A stretch of 64,000 bases of DNA from Candidatus Binatia bacterium (GTDB taxonomy: Bacteria; Desulfobacterota; Binatia; Bin18), in assembly GCA_963666315.2 (NCBI GenBank), contig CAXXHG010000027.1:1-64000 (forward strand), written 5' to 3'. Made by a program: the position numbers and the translations under genes. Positions 51,684-61,204 of this stretch are shown here, one piece after another. The first letter of the stretch is position 1. Every line of letters starts with the position of its first letter. The notes beneath the pieces are model-generated. The model did no database searches, was not told where the DNA came from, and was given only the letters and a program-made list of their open reading frames with translations.

Positions 51684-52189
51684 TAATCCTTGAGCCTTCT
51701 GTGACGGCGCACACGAAGGATTATACCACCTGTGTGAACTGCACAAAACGCTAGAAAACCAACCCCACCGTAGACTATGCACCACCCTACGCCAATTGCT
51801 CAGAACAGCCGTGAGTGAGCAAATCACACGAGAGGAAGGTTTTGCTTCAAGTAAACTACATTGATATAAAGCGGTTGAGCATCCACATGCACGAGCAAGT
51901 TGTGTCAGGACGGAAAACTGACGGGTTTCAATCGTCTAACATTCTGTATGCTGATTAGGCATCTTGGGGATCATGTATGGCATCGAGAGGGGTATTGCAG
52001 CTTGTGAAGGTTGGCGCGAGACGTCTCATCACTTCCTTGGTAACCCGTTCCGGCCTGTCCCCGAGAAGACGTCGCAATCTGTACGACGCAAATTTCACCA
52101 GTGGAACAGCGGACTGAGCAATGCTTGGAAATTTTTCTACCTAAGCTCTTCAGCTTGCGGATGCAACAACAGTTGCGCTAGAAATCACT

Positions 52190-52627
52190 ATGCGCTGGTT
52201 TTTGATTGGACTGATCGCACTCCTACTCTCCGCCGGGGTACCAGCACTAGCAGACGATATTGCTGACCTGCGGGCCAGGGCCAACCAAGGCGATGCCACT
52301 GCCCAGTTCAATCTCGGTCTCATGTACGAGAGCGGCGAAGGCGTGGCGCAGGATTACACACAAGCATTCTTCTGGTACCGCAAGGCTGCCGACCAAGGCG
52401 ATGCCTCTGCCCAGTTGAATCTCGGTGTCATGTACGGCAGGGGCGCAGGCGTGGCGCAAAACTTCGTACAAGCGCATAAGTGGTGCAATATAGCCGCTGC
52501 TCATTTGACTGGAGCGAATCGCGGATTAGCGGTCAAAAGTAGAGATATTCTGGAAAGAAAGATGACGCAGGCTCAGGTCGCGGAGGCGCAAAAAATCGCG
52601 CAGGAATGGAAGCCCAAAACCGATTAA
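52190..52627 (+). CDS. Secreted Sel1-repeat protein
   Basis: AQFNLGLMY..GEGVAQDY..WYRKAADQG. Confidence 0.93.
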   Translation: MRWFLIGLIALLLSAGVPALADDIADLRARANQGDATAQFNLGLMYESGEGVAQDYTQAFFWYRKAADQGDASAQLNLGVMYGRGAGVAQNFVQAHKWCNIAAAHLTGANRGLAVKSRDILERKMTQAQVAEAQKIAQEWKPKTD

Positions 52628-52644
52628 TGACGAAGCATACAGGG

Positions 52645-53052
52645 TTAAGTTTTTCCTGCTATTAATTCGGTATCTGATGTCATATTGCCGCCGAAATATG
52701 GGCGATTGTCAAAGTTAACAAGGGTGTCCATGGAATCTGATGCGCCGTTGGTTAGAAGCGTTACAAGCCGATCAAAATCCACACCGGTACTTACGTCCAC
52801 GCTGCCGAGCTGGCCCAACGGTAGCGAGCGCTGAACCCAGAAGAAGTCTCCGGGGTGGAAAGAGGGGCCGCTAACTAGTGTGTCGATGACATTATGCCCC
52901 AAGTAATACGTAATTTCGGAGGGCACTGGGAAATCGTAATTGAAACAGCCGTCCCCTACAACATCGATGGGTATCGTCACTAGTAACTCCTGCCCCCAAA
53001 CCGGGGAAGACAGGGCGAAATTAAAAGCTAGTCCTATGAATAATGCACGCAT
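52645..53052 (-). CDS. Secreted hypothetical protein (probably truncated)
   Basis: MRALFIGLAFNFALSSPVWG signal peptide. Confidence 0.5.
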   Translation of the reverse strand: MRALFIGLAFNFALSSPVWGQELLVTIPIDVVGDGCFNYDFPVPSEITYYLGHNVIDTLVSGPSFHPGDFFWVQRSLPLGQLGSVDVSTGVDFDRLVTLLTNGASDSMDTLVNFDNRPYFGGNMTSDTELIAGKT

Positions 53053-53394
53053 GTTTTCCCTATACAGAAGGCGTTCTCTTGTTGTCAACGCTGTGCCTTT
53101 GTTGCATTATTTATTCTCCGCGGCGCGTTCATTCGCAACCCGTGCGCGGCGTGCTTGCGGTCGAATTACCAGGGGCCACATGGGAGTTCCTCCTCATCAT
53201 CTGTTTTCCCTTGCAGACGGCGAAAACGTTGCTATGACTAAAGTACCGGGAGAGTAAGGCTGTGTTATCCCTTGGCCTTCACCTCGCCCTATTCATTTGA
53301 ACCTTCCGGCATTTTCGGTCAACAAGCATGGACCAACAAGGACGTAGCATTCCGCCTTCCTTTTGCACTCTTTTTATTCTGTTCAACCAGTCGT

Positions 53395-54012
53395 TCACGT
53401 AAAGGAAATAGGTTTTTCTTGCGCTCTGCGTTTCTGCATATAATCCCGCATATATTTGCGGCGACTGTCCTTCCTGCCTATTTCGTTGGCAGCGACCGTG
53501 CAATCATGCGAACAATACTTCTGCCTGCGGATGGGGTGGAAGATCGTTCCACATCCCATCCGCGGGCACTCCTTGAAAGGGAACGGCTCGTCGTGTCGCT
53601 CCAGTAGATCGAGCAGGTCATGCACTAGATCGTGATTCACAAAGGTCCCTCCAGCACCGCGCTGAAGTACGCCGTTCTTCAACCTCATGACCCGGTCATC
53701 ATGTCGTCTCAGTTTTTTCATCGATAAAGCTTTTCCCGCCATGAGGTCTCTTACGATGCCTCGGATCCGCGCCTGACTAGCGTCAATCAGCTTCCATTGT
53801 ACGGGAAGCGGTTCCGACCCCCACGAGGGGATAACCCATTCGCGGCTGTCCCACATGACAGCGATCCCGACACCAAAGGTATCGTTATAATCCTCCACGA
53901 GAGCGTGTTTCTCGGAGCGCTTCAAGCGGGCAAGTGACGAGATGTTGACGAGACGCGCATAGAAGCGCAGCCGCTGTGTAGGGTCCTTATCCACCGGGAA
54001 TGGCATATGCAC
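53395..54012 (-). CDS. Putative regulator with C-terminal CGNR-like zinc finger
   Basis: CPRMGC..F..QKYCSHDC plus basic helix; divergent from xis. Confidence 0.65.
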   Translation of the reverse strand: MHMPFPVDKDPTQRLRFYARLVNISSLARLKRSEKHALVEDYNDTFGVGIAVMWDSREWVIPSWGSEPLPVQWKLIDASQARIRGIVRDLMAGKALSMKKLRRHDDRVMRLKNGVLQRGAGGTFVNHDLVHDLLDLLERHDEPFPFKECPRMGCGTIFHPIRRQKYCSHDCTVAANEIGRKDSRRKYMRDYMQKRRAQEKPISFT

Positions 54013-54043
54013 ACGTTAAACAAACTATCTGGCAGAAGCAAGC

Positions 54044-54069
54044 GTTATTATTTGTTAACAATTATTAAC
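54044..54069. promoter_or_regulatory. Imperfect 26-bp palindrome in the divergent promoter region
   Basis: gttattatTTGTTAACAAttattaac. Confidence 0.5.
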
Positions 54070-54132
54070 TTGATTTAGTTTATCCCACCATGTACTCAAT
54101 GACGCAAGGGACACAGAGAGTGAGGACTACCC

Positions 54133-54351
54133 ATGAAGAGCACCCCCGAGCGATTGGCCTACAGCGTTGACGAAGCAGCGATTGTAACCGGCAAAACCTC
54201 GAAAGCCATCCGCGTACTCATCTCGCGCAACCAATTTCCCCACCGGCGTCGCGGACGGTCCATCGTCATTTTGAGGTCAGATCTAGAAGAATTCCTGGCG
54301 GGATTGCCTGGCATTTCCGTTGCGGAAGCGCTCGACAGGATTGCGACGTGA
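54133..54351 (+). CDS. Excisionase-like HTH protein
   Basis: LAYSVDEAA..G..AIR..FPHRRRGRSIVILRSDL. Confidence 0.85.
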   Translation: MKSTPERLAYSVDEAAIVTGKTSKAIRVLISRNQFPHRRRGRSIVILRSDLEEFLAGLPGISVAEALDRIAT

Positions 54352-56729
54352 GCGTAACGATGCAAGACGTGGCCCTGGCTTATGCCGCGCGGGGCTTCCC
54401 GGTATTCCCACTTCTGCCTGGGGAGAAAAAGCCCCATGGCAACCTCGCTCCCCACGGCTTCAGAAATGCAACGACGGACCCTGCCGTTATTGAAGGTTGG
54501 TGGGCCAAAGAACCAAAAGCCAACATTGGCATCCCCACGGGGAATGTCAGCGGTTGGGTTGTGATCGATACCGACAAGGACGACTTGAAAAGTCTTGACG
54601 GTGAGGAGGCCCTGCGCGCTCTTGAAAAGGAGCACGGCGCCTTGCCTAAAACGGTCATGCAACTTACGCCACGCGGTGGGAATCACCGCGTATACCGGGA
54701 TCCTGGGGGCATTCGGTGCAGCGCGGGTAAACTCGGCCCCGGCGTCGACGTCCGGGGCACGGCTGGCTATGTCGCTGTCGATCCGAGCACTAGGCCTGAT
54801 GGTTCTTATGAATGGGAACTGGATCATCATCCCGATGAACTCGAGCCTGCTGAACTACCCGATAAATGGATTGAGCTCCTGCGTGATCAGGATTCAAGCA
54901 AGGCGAAGAGCGGGGATAAATCCAAGCCGGAATCCGCCGCCGGCGGGCCGATCCCAGAAGGAAGGCGCAATGACACTCTCGCCAGCATTGGCGGTTCCCT
55001 GCGACGTATGGGGCACGATGAGGAGGAAATTCTTACCACCCTCCAAGAAGTAAATAGCAGCCGCTGCGAACCTCTCTTGCCTGATCCCGAAGTAGCAAAA
55101 ATAGCGCATAGTATGGCGCAATACGAACCCGGAGCGGGCGCGATTACCGAAGCCACCGCTTCGGACCTACGCGAGAACATCGACGTATTTCTGGCTCAGG
55201 CAAAGGAAACGCAGGACCCAGGTCACGCCTTTCAGGCGATAGAACATCTAGTGCAATTATCTGCTGCGGACTATGCCAGCTACACGGCCAAATTCAAAGA
55301 GATTTTAGGCAGTAAGTTGAATCTCAACGATTTTGCCCGCGCATTCAAGGATGCCAAGAAAGAGGCCGCGCCTGACCGGAAGAATCTCGTTATCCGTCTC
55401 GCTGAGCACATTCTCGAAAAGCAGCATTTCGCCAAGAACGAAGGCCAACAGCTGTATCATTTTGAGGCCGGGCATTATGTTCGGGATGGCGATATTGCCA
55501 TCCAGCGCTTGGTAAAAGAAAGCCTCACTGACTGGGGGGAAATCGATAGTTGGTCGTCATTTCGTGGCCGGGAAGTATTCAACTATATCCTCACTGGAGC
55601 GCAGCAGTTATGGACGCACCGCCCGCCTGACGAAATCCCCGTGTTGGACGGGATCCTGAACCTGCGTACCATAACGCTCCGTCCCCATGACCCGGCCTTT
55701 CTGTCCCCCATTCAATTTCCAGTGATATTTGATCCTGATGCAAGGTGTGAAAAGATCGATAAATTCTTTGAAGAAGTATTTCCAAAGGGCGCAGCAGATC
55801 TCGGCTACGAGATGATTACGGCCATCATTGACCCAGCGTTCGATGACCAGAAGGCTGACCTATTGAGCGGTCCAGGCGGGAGCGGTAAATCCACCTTTTT
55901 GACTCTTGTCATAAATTTCATCGGCATAGAAAACGTGTCCACCTTGTCACTCCATACACTCGAAAACAACCGTTTTGCGATATCCGAGCTGTATGGAAAG
56001 GTCGCCAATATCTGCGCAGATCTACCCGGCACACGGTTGTCCCATACCTCAAACGTCAAAAGCATAACCGGCGGCGACACTGTCCAAGCCGAGATAAAAA
56101 ATGGACGGTTCTTTTCCTTTCGCCCGTATGCACGACTTTTGTTCGCAACGAATCATTTACCCCGAGCAGATGACGCGGACGAGGCGTTCTACCAGTGACT
56201 GCACGTTATTCCTTTTGATAATGTTTTTCGCGGTGTGAAGGGTAAGGAAATCAAGCGAAATAAGCTGGACGCCATGCTTTCAGACCCTACACAATTATCC
56301 GGGCTACTAAACAGAGTCTTGGAAGTTCTGCCAGGATTACGTTCGGACGGATTCGTGGCGTGTCAATTGACGAAAGACGCCTCAGCGGATTTCCGGGTTG
56401 AGACCGACCCGATTAGCATCTGGATGGACAAAAAAACCGTTCAAACGCCGAACGGCTGGGTTCCGAAAGAGGTTCTTCTGCAAGCTTACAACCGGGATGC
56501 CGTAGCCGCTCATCGCCCGCGGGAGACCGCGAATAACTTTGGTCGAGCTGTCACGAGATTTCGGCCTGCTGTCACGGGAAAGCAACGCCGCGTGAATGAA
56601 CAACGAGTGTGGGTGTGGCAGGGAATTGGTCTCGGTACGCCGGAATCTGACCAATCGGCCCCTCATAAGGAGGAGTGTCACGGGAATCTGGATCACTGTC
56701 ACGAGAAAGCTTCTAGCAAAGCAACGTAA
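54348..56729 (+). pseudogene. Bifunctional primase-polymerase/PriCT-1/D5-P4 SF3 helicase, in-frame TGA at 56196-56198
   Basis: NIGIPTG..IDTD, TPRGGNH, EGRRN, GPGGSGKST, KSITGGD, FATNHLP; frame continues AFYQ*LHVIPF. Confidence 0.9.
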
Positions 56730-56892
56730 ATAGATCTGACTTTGTAGGTACTTAGAGCGGGTGTCACGGGAATCACTAAAAAAATCGTATACCCGCGAAT
56801 AAAAAAGGGACCTTAGGTTGGGAAAAACGAGAGGTAGGGGGGGGGTGTTAGTTTGAGAGTGACTGAAAATAATCCAGTGATTCCCGTGACAC
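56549..56892. other. Putative replication origin with TGTCACG(G/A)GA iterons
   Basis: Direct copies at 56549, 56570, 56676, 56697, 56762; 17-bp inverted pair 56761-56777 / 56876-56892. Confidence 0.75.
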
Positions 56893-56935
56893 CGCTTACT
56901 ATTTCGGCCTGCCTCAAGAAAAAACCGAGGTTGGT

Positions 56936-57337
56936 ATGGACGCAGATGCGTTGATTGCCCGCTGTGATGACCTTGGCGTAACGCTGAGCCCGTTGCCTTC
57001 TGGCATGCTCAGGGTTCGATGCAACGGTGAAATCTCAGAATCTCTTCGCTCAGCGCTGAGAGACAACAAAGCTGAAGTGCTGGCCATCCTTGCAGCTATG
57101 GAATGGTTGAAGCCTCGACTCGCAGAGCCTCAACGGATTGCTGACTTAATTTCCGAATGGTGCGGCGGCACGTGTGTCCTTGGCCGCGACGGCGTCGAAC
57201 GCTGGGAGGGGGGAAGAGACGGGACAAATAGCCACGATATTGACGCGTTGTTGGCCGCTCGTTGGCAGCTTAATGTCTACGCGTACTGGGCGGATGACTG
57301 CTCCTGGTGGGCGATGCCCGAAGAATGGGAACAGTAA
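56936..57337 (+). CDS. TubC N-terminal docking-domain-related small protein
   Basis: LIARCDDLGVTL..LRVR..LRSALRDNKAEVLAIL. Confidence 0.7.
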   Translation: MDADALIARCDDLGVTLSPLPSGMLRVRCNGEISESLRSALRDNKAEVLAILAAMEWLKPRLAEPQRIADLISEWCGGTCVLGRDGVERWEGGRDGTNSHDIDALLAARWQLNVYAYWADDCSWWAMPEEWEQ

Positions 57338-57348
57338 GGAGGTAACCA

Positions 57349-57837
57349 ATGGATCGCACATTGAAAAAGATCACACTGAAAGCTCGCACGCCAAAGGAGA
57401 GAAAGAACGTCTATCGGTATCCCTTTGGCGTCAGGAAGAGACGTCTGCGGATACCCACAGACGAGGAATATCGGGCCTATGATGGCGCGCACTGCCATCG
57501 TTTATGGGAATCCCTTTCGGAGAGCTGGCGTTGTCCTGGCTGCCTCAGATCAAAGCGTGAAATCATGCGCTGGACCAAGAGAAAGGCGCGCCCTGACCTG
57601 GGCATTACTGAGGATTACTTTGGCTGGATGGCCGGATTACACCGATATCAGTTTACCGGACCTGTGCTCTGCGATCACTGCAATATCGCCGGCGGATCGG
57701 CAAAGCGAAAACTTGATCTGCCGGAAAACTTTTTCTTTTCACCCGCCGACATCAGACGTTTTGTGAAACCAAAACCGCACCGAGGTCATACAATCGAAAT
57801 AGAACTAGCACTCCATATATATCAGTCTTCGCGGTAA
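57349..57837 (+). CDS. Cys-rich protein, possible degenerate HNH-like nuclease
   Basis: WRCPGC..LCDHCN; AGGAGG RBS; lies just before cos-like motif and terS. Confidence 0.55.
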   Translation: MDRTLKKITLKARTPKERKNVYRYPFGVRKRRLRIPTDEEYRAYDGAHCHRLWESLSESWRCPGCLRSKREIMRWTKRKARPDLGITEDYFGWMAGLHRYQFTGPVLCDHCNIAGGSAKRKLDLPENFFFSPADIRRFVKPKPHRGHTIEIELALHIYQSSR

Positions 57838-57974
57838 ACGATTCTCATGGCTTCGCGGGGCCAAAGGGGACCGGGCGATCCGCCTTCTGTTGTACACCTC
57901 CACCAGCGCCGAGGATGCAACGCTGTGAAGCGGAATAGGAGATTACGATGCGATTGTGAGCCGGACAGCCACCA

Positions 57975-58050
57975 AGCGGGGGAGGGGTCAATCTCTACCG
58001 CCTCATGACTGTGTACCGCGCCCCTTAGGTCAACGTTTGTGCAGGCTTCC
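57975..58050 (+). other. cos-like packaging motif
   Basis: gggggaggggtcaatctcta..gtaccgcgcccc, resembling motifs upstream of P27/HK97-type terS. Confidence 0.55.
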
Positions 58051-58079
58051 CCCGATCAAATGGAAAAAGAGGACGAACA

Positions 58080-58330
58080 ATGAGTGAGAAACCACGACTA
58101 CCACCGGCGCACCTCAGAGCGGACACCCGCGAATGGTGGACTTCTGTTCTTGACGAATTCGAACTCGAAGAACATCACATCAAACTCCTCACCTTGGCCT
58201 GTGAGGCCTGGGACCGCTGCCAACAGGCGCGGCAAGTCCTGCGAGAGCACGGTCTGACTTACGATGATCGATTCTCGCAACCCAGAAATAGGCCAGAAGT
58301 AACGGTCGAACGGGATTCACGACTGGCTTC
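58080..58330 (+). pseudogene. P27-family terminase small subunit, 3'-truncated
   Basis: PPAHL..WW..V..FEL..LLTLACEAWDRCQQAR..G..DRF.QP..RPEV..ERDSR. Confidence 0.8.
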
Positions 58331-58642
58331 GGCCCAGAGACTGATGAGGAGCTTCAGGCAGGCTGGTTTTTGGTGCGGGATACACTCCTCCCGGCCTACA
58401 TCGCAAGCCGGCCTGGTGAACGGCCCTGGGCGTGGTGGGAATTCCAAGCTCCTGAGCCGCGCCGCAGCGTGCCGCCTCCGCCTGAACAGCCGGGTCGGAA
58501 GCCCATGCCTTTGATGCTGGCCAGCTACCGTGAATCTTCCCTGGAGTATTTGACCCGGCTCGACCTGCTGTCTGCCGCAGAAAAACGCGCCCTTGCGGAA
58601 AGGGAATGCGCGTCATACGGCTCAAACGAGTTGCGGGCTTGA
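58325..58642 (+). pseudogene. 5'-truncated satellite hypothetical gene (RPWAWW motif)
   Basis: GFGPETDEELQAGW..RPGERPWAWWEFQAPEPRR..ESSLEYLTRLDLLS. Confidence 0.55.
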
Positions 58643-59045
58643 TCTTCCATGGGGCACCGTCCTTTCACGGAGTACGCACCCACCATGATTGCACACTTTT
58701 TGTGTGTAGGGGGGAGAAGACGCACAACCGACCGGTGCTGGCTCTCACTGACTGTTTTCTCTTGTGTATGGATCCAGGACCCTGGTAAGGAGAGCGTATG
58801 CCTCCCGTCATAGCGGCCCGTGCGATCGCCGTGGCACTGGCGGTTGGCCCTCGAAGAGGAGTGGCAGAAGGTCGATCATTGCCGGATCTTAATGGGCGAC
58901 GAGGTTTCACTATGTACGAAGAAGGCTTTTCAGCGCGGGTTGTCGAAAGTGGAGGACGTTGGGACGATCCCTTCGCGTCAGACACGGCGGCTGCCTGTCA
59001 GGGAAAGAAGCGCCCACCCGACCGCAAGAGAATGGTATCCCCCAC

Positions 59046-60897
59046 GTGACCCTACTCCCGAAGAACATTCTTATCCTCGCCGCCGCCCTGTTGCTCGGCG
59101 CGCGTCCCGCAAGCGCGCAACAGGTCCAGGTGCTGGAGCACGACACGGCCGAAGGGGAATACAACTCGTTGGTGCAGGTCGATGCCGACACCTACGCCCT
59201 TGCCTACTCTGGCGCCGACAGCGACGGGTTCCTCAAGACCTTCACCATCAGCGCGGACGGCATGACCATCACCCAGGTCCAGGTGCTGGAGCACGACACG
59301 GCCGAAGGGAAACACAACTCGTTGGTGCAGGTCGATGCCGACACCTACGCCCTTGCCTACTCCGGCGCCGACAACAACGGGTTCCTCAAGACCTTCACTA
59401 TCAGTGCGGACGGCATGACCATCACCCAGGTCCAGGTGCTCGAGCACGACACGGCCATCGGGAAACGCAACTCGTTGGTGCGGGTCGATGCCGACACCTA
59501 CGCCCTTGCCTACTCCGGCGCCGACAACAACGGGTTCCTCAAGACCTTCACTATCAGTGCGGACGGGATGACCATCACCCAGGTCCAGGTGCTCGAGCAC
59601 GACACGAGCCTTGGGCAGGCCAACTCGCTGGTGCAGGTCGATGCCGACACCTACGCCCTCGCCTACAGGGGCGCCAACGACGCCGGGTTCCTCAAGACCT
59701 TCACCATCAGCGCGGACGGCATGACCATCACCCAGGTCCAGGTGCTCGAGCACGACGCGGCCCTAGGGGCCGACAACTCGCTGGTGCAGGTCGATGCCGA
59801 CACCTACGCCCTCGCCTACTCTGGCGCCGGCTCCGACGGGTTCCTCAAGACCTTCACCATCACCGCTGACTGTCCGCCCGATCTCGTGCTCTCCAACCAA
59901 ACGATGAGCGGGACGCAGGTCTTTAGATCCGCGAGCACGATGACGTTCGGGCCGAATATGACCGTCCCGAGCGGGACCGCGCTCACACTGCGATCGAGGA
60001 CAATTCGTTTGGAGGCGGGGGTTTCCATACAGTTGGGGGCAACGTTCACGGCTAACACGGACCCGGACCCCTGTGGGACTGAAGTGGACGAAGTGCTCGC
60101 GAAGGACCGGGTGCGTGTCTTTGCGGCAGGCGCCGCGGGGGAGGACGAGGGCGAAGGAGGATCGAATCTGAGGATGGGAGCGGGTGTCTATGCTACCGCT
60201 GCGACGGGGGGCAGAAGCCGGCAGCGCAACAAAGGCGGCGACGAGCAGCTGCTCGTCGCCGCCCACACCTTCTTACTCATCGACGAGGACTCCATCGACC
60301 ACGCCACGCCGCCAAACTTCTTCTCGGAGTTGGACGTGAATGCGGACATGGCCGAGATCGGGTTACGCGAACGGCTCCTGTTCTTCGCCGACCACCCGGG
60401 GGCAGTCCTCACCCTCCCTACGGGCGAAGTGGGGGATGAAGGCTGGTTCGCGCTGAAGACGGTCCCCGCCTCGTGGGCCGCCGTGGGGCGGACGGGCGAG
60501 GGGCTGCGCAATTACCTCAACGCCGATCCCGGCCTCGGCACCCCCGACCGCCACGGGAACCCGGAGGCGCTGCTGGCGCAGATCCCCGATGTCACGCCGC
60601 TGCGCGCGTCCGGCCTGCGGCTATTGACGGGGAAACAGGTCTGCGCCGTGGTCTATGACCAGGATGTCCAGGTGACCTATGCGCCCTTAACGGGCAGCCT
60701 CCAGGGCGCGACGCTCGGGATTGTGGCCTTTGAGATCCTGGCCGTGACCGAATCGACAGCCTCTGCCCCAGCCGCCCTCCCGCAGGTCGAAATCCAACTG
60801 TTGGATGCCGATCGATTGTGCGCCGAAGGAGCTGGCGCTGTTCCTCGATGCCCCGGAACCGTTCTCGTCCTCCGCACCCTTCGATGTCGTGCCATAA
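59046..60897 (+). CDS. Secreted 5-repeat (beta-propeller-like) protein plus shared beta domain plus unknown domain; frameshift near 60830
   Basis: Signal peptide ..RPASA; 51-aa repeats; likely true end LALFLDAPEPFSSSAPFDVVP* in shifted frame. Confidence 0.7.
59121..59870 (+). repeat. 153-bp coding tandem repeat x5
   Basis: Units start 59121, 59274, 59427, 59580, 59733. Confidence 0.95.
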
Positions 60898-60899
60898 CG

Positions 60900-60958
60900 G
60901 CGGTCGCGCCTATGTGGCAAATTTGGCTGCCGACACAGTGTCGGTGATCGACACGGCC
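60900..60958 (+). pseudogene. Single YVTN beta-propeller repeat stub
   Basis: GRAYVANLAADTVSVIDTA. Confidence 0.6.
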
Positions 60959-61204
60959 ATGGTGTCAGGTGGATCCTGACCGTAATTATTGAGGGGTATC
61001 GCCGGGCCCACTGAGACAGCCTCTAAAAGACGACGCCCGAAAATCAAAGCGAAAACATGTCCTGGACTCACTGTAGTCACGACAGAGCACGATGCGGCAC
61101 AATCAGGGATAACAAACAGATCATCCCCGCCCAAATGATTTCTGCCAGGAAAATCTCTTAAGGCCAAACAGCGGGGCTACGGACAGGTGGGGGGGATAAC
61201 TCTT

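Noticed and set aside
56196-56198. Selenocysteine or programmed readthrough at TGA
   Set aside because: The homologous position is Arg, not Cys, and other genes here use TGA as a normal stop
58820-59869. 349-aa Arg/His-rich ORF and antisense 59052-59753 ORF
   Set aside because: Alternate-frame shadows of the GC-rich repeat gene
59121-59870. CRISPR array or DGR template/variable repeat
   Set aside because: 153-bp in-frame coding units without unique spacers; no cas or reverse transcriptase gene; differences are not adenine-specific
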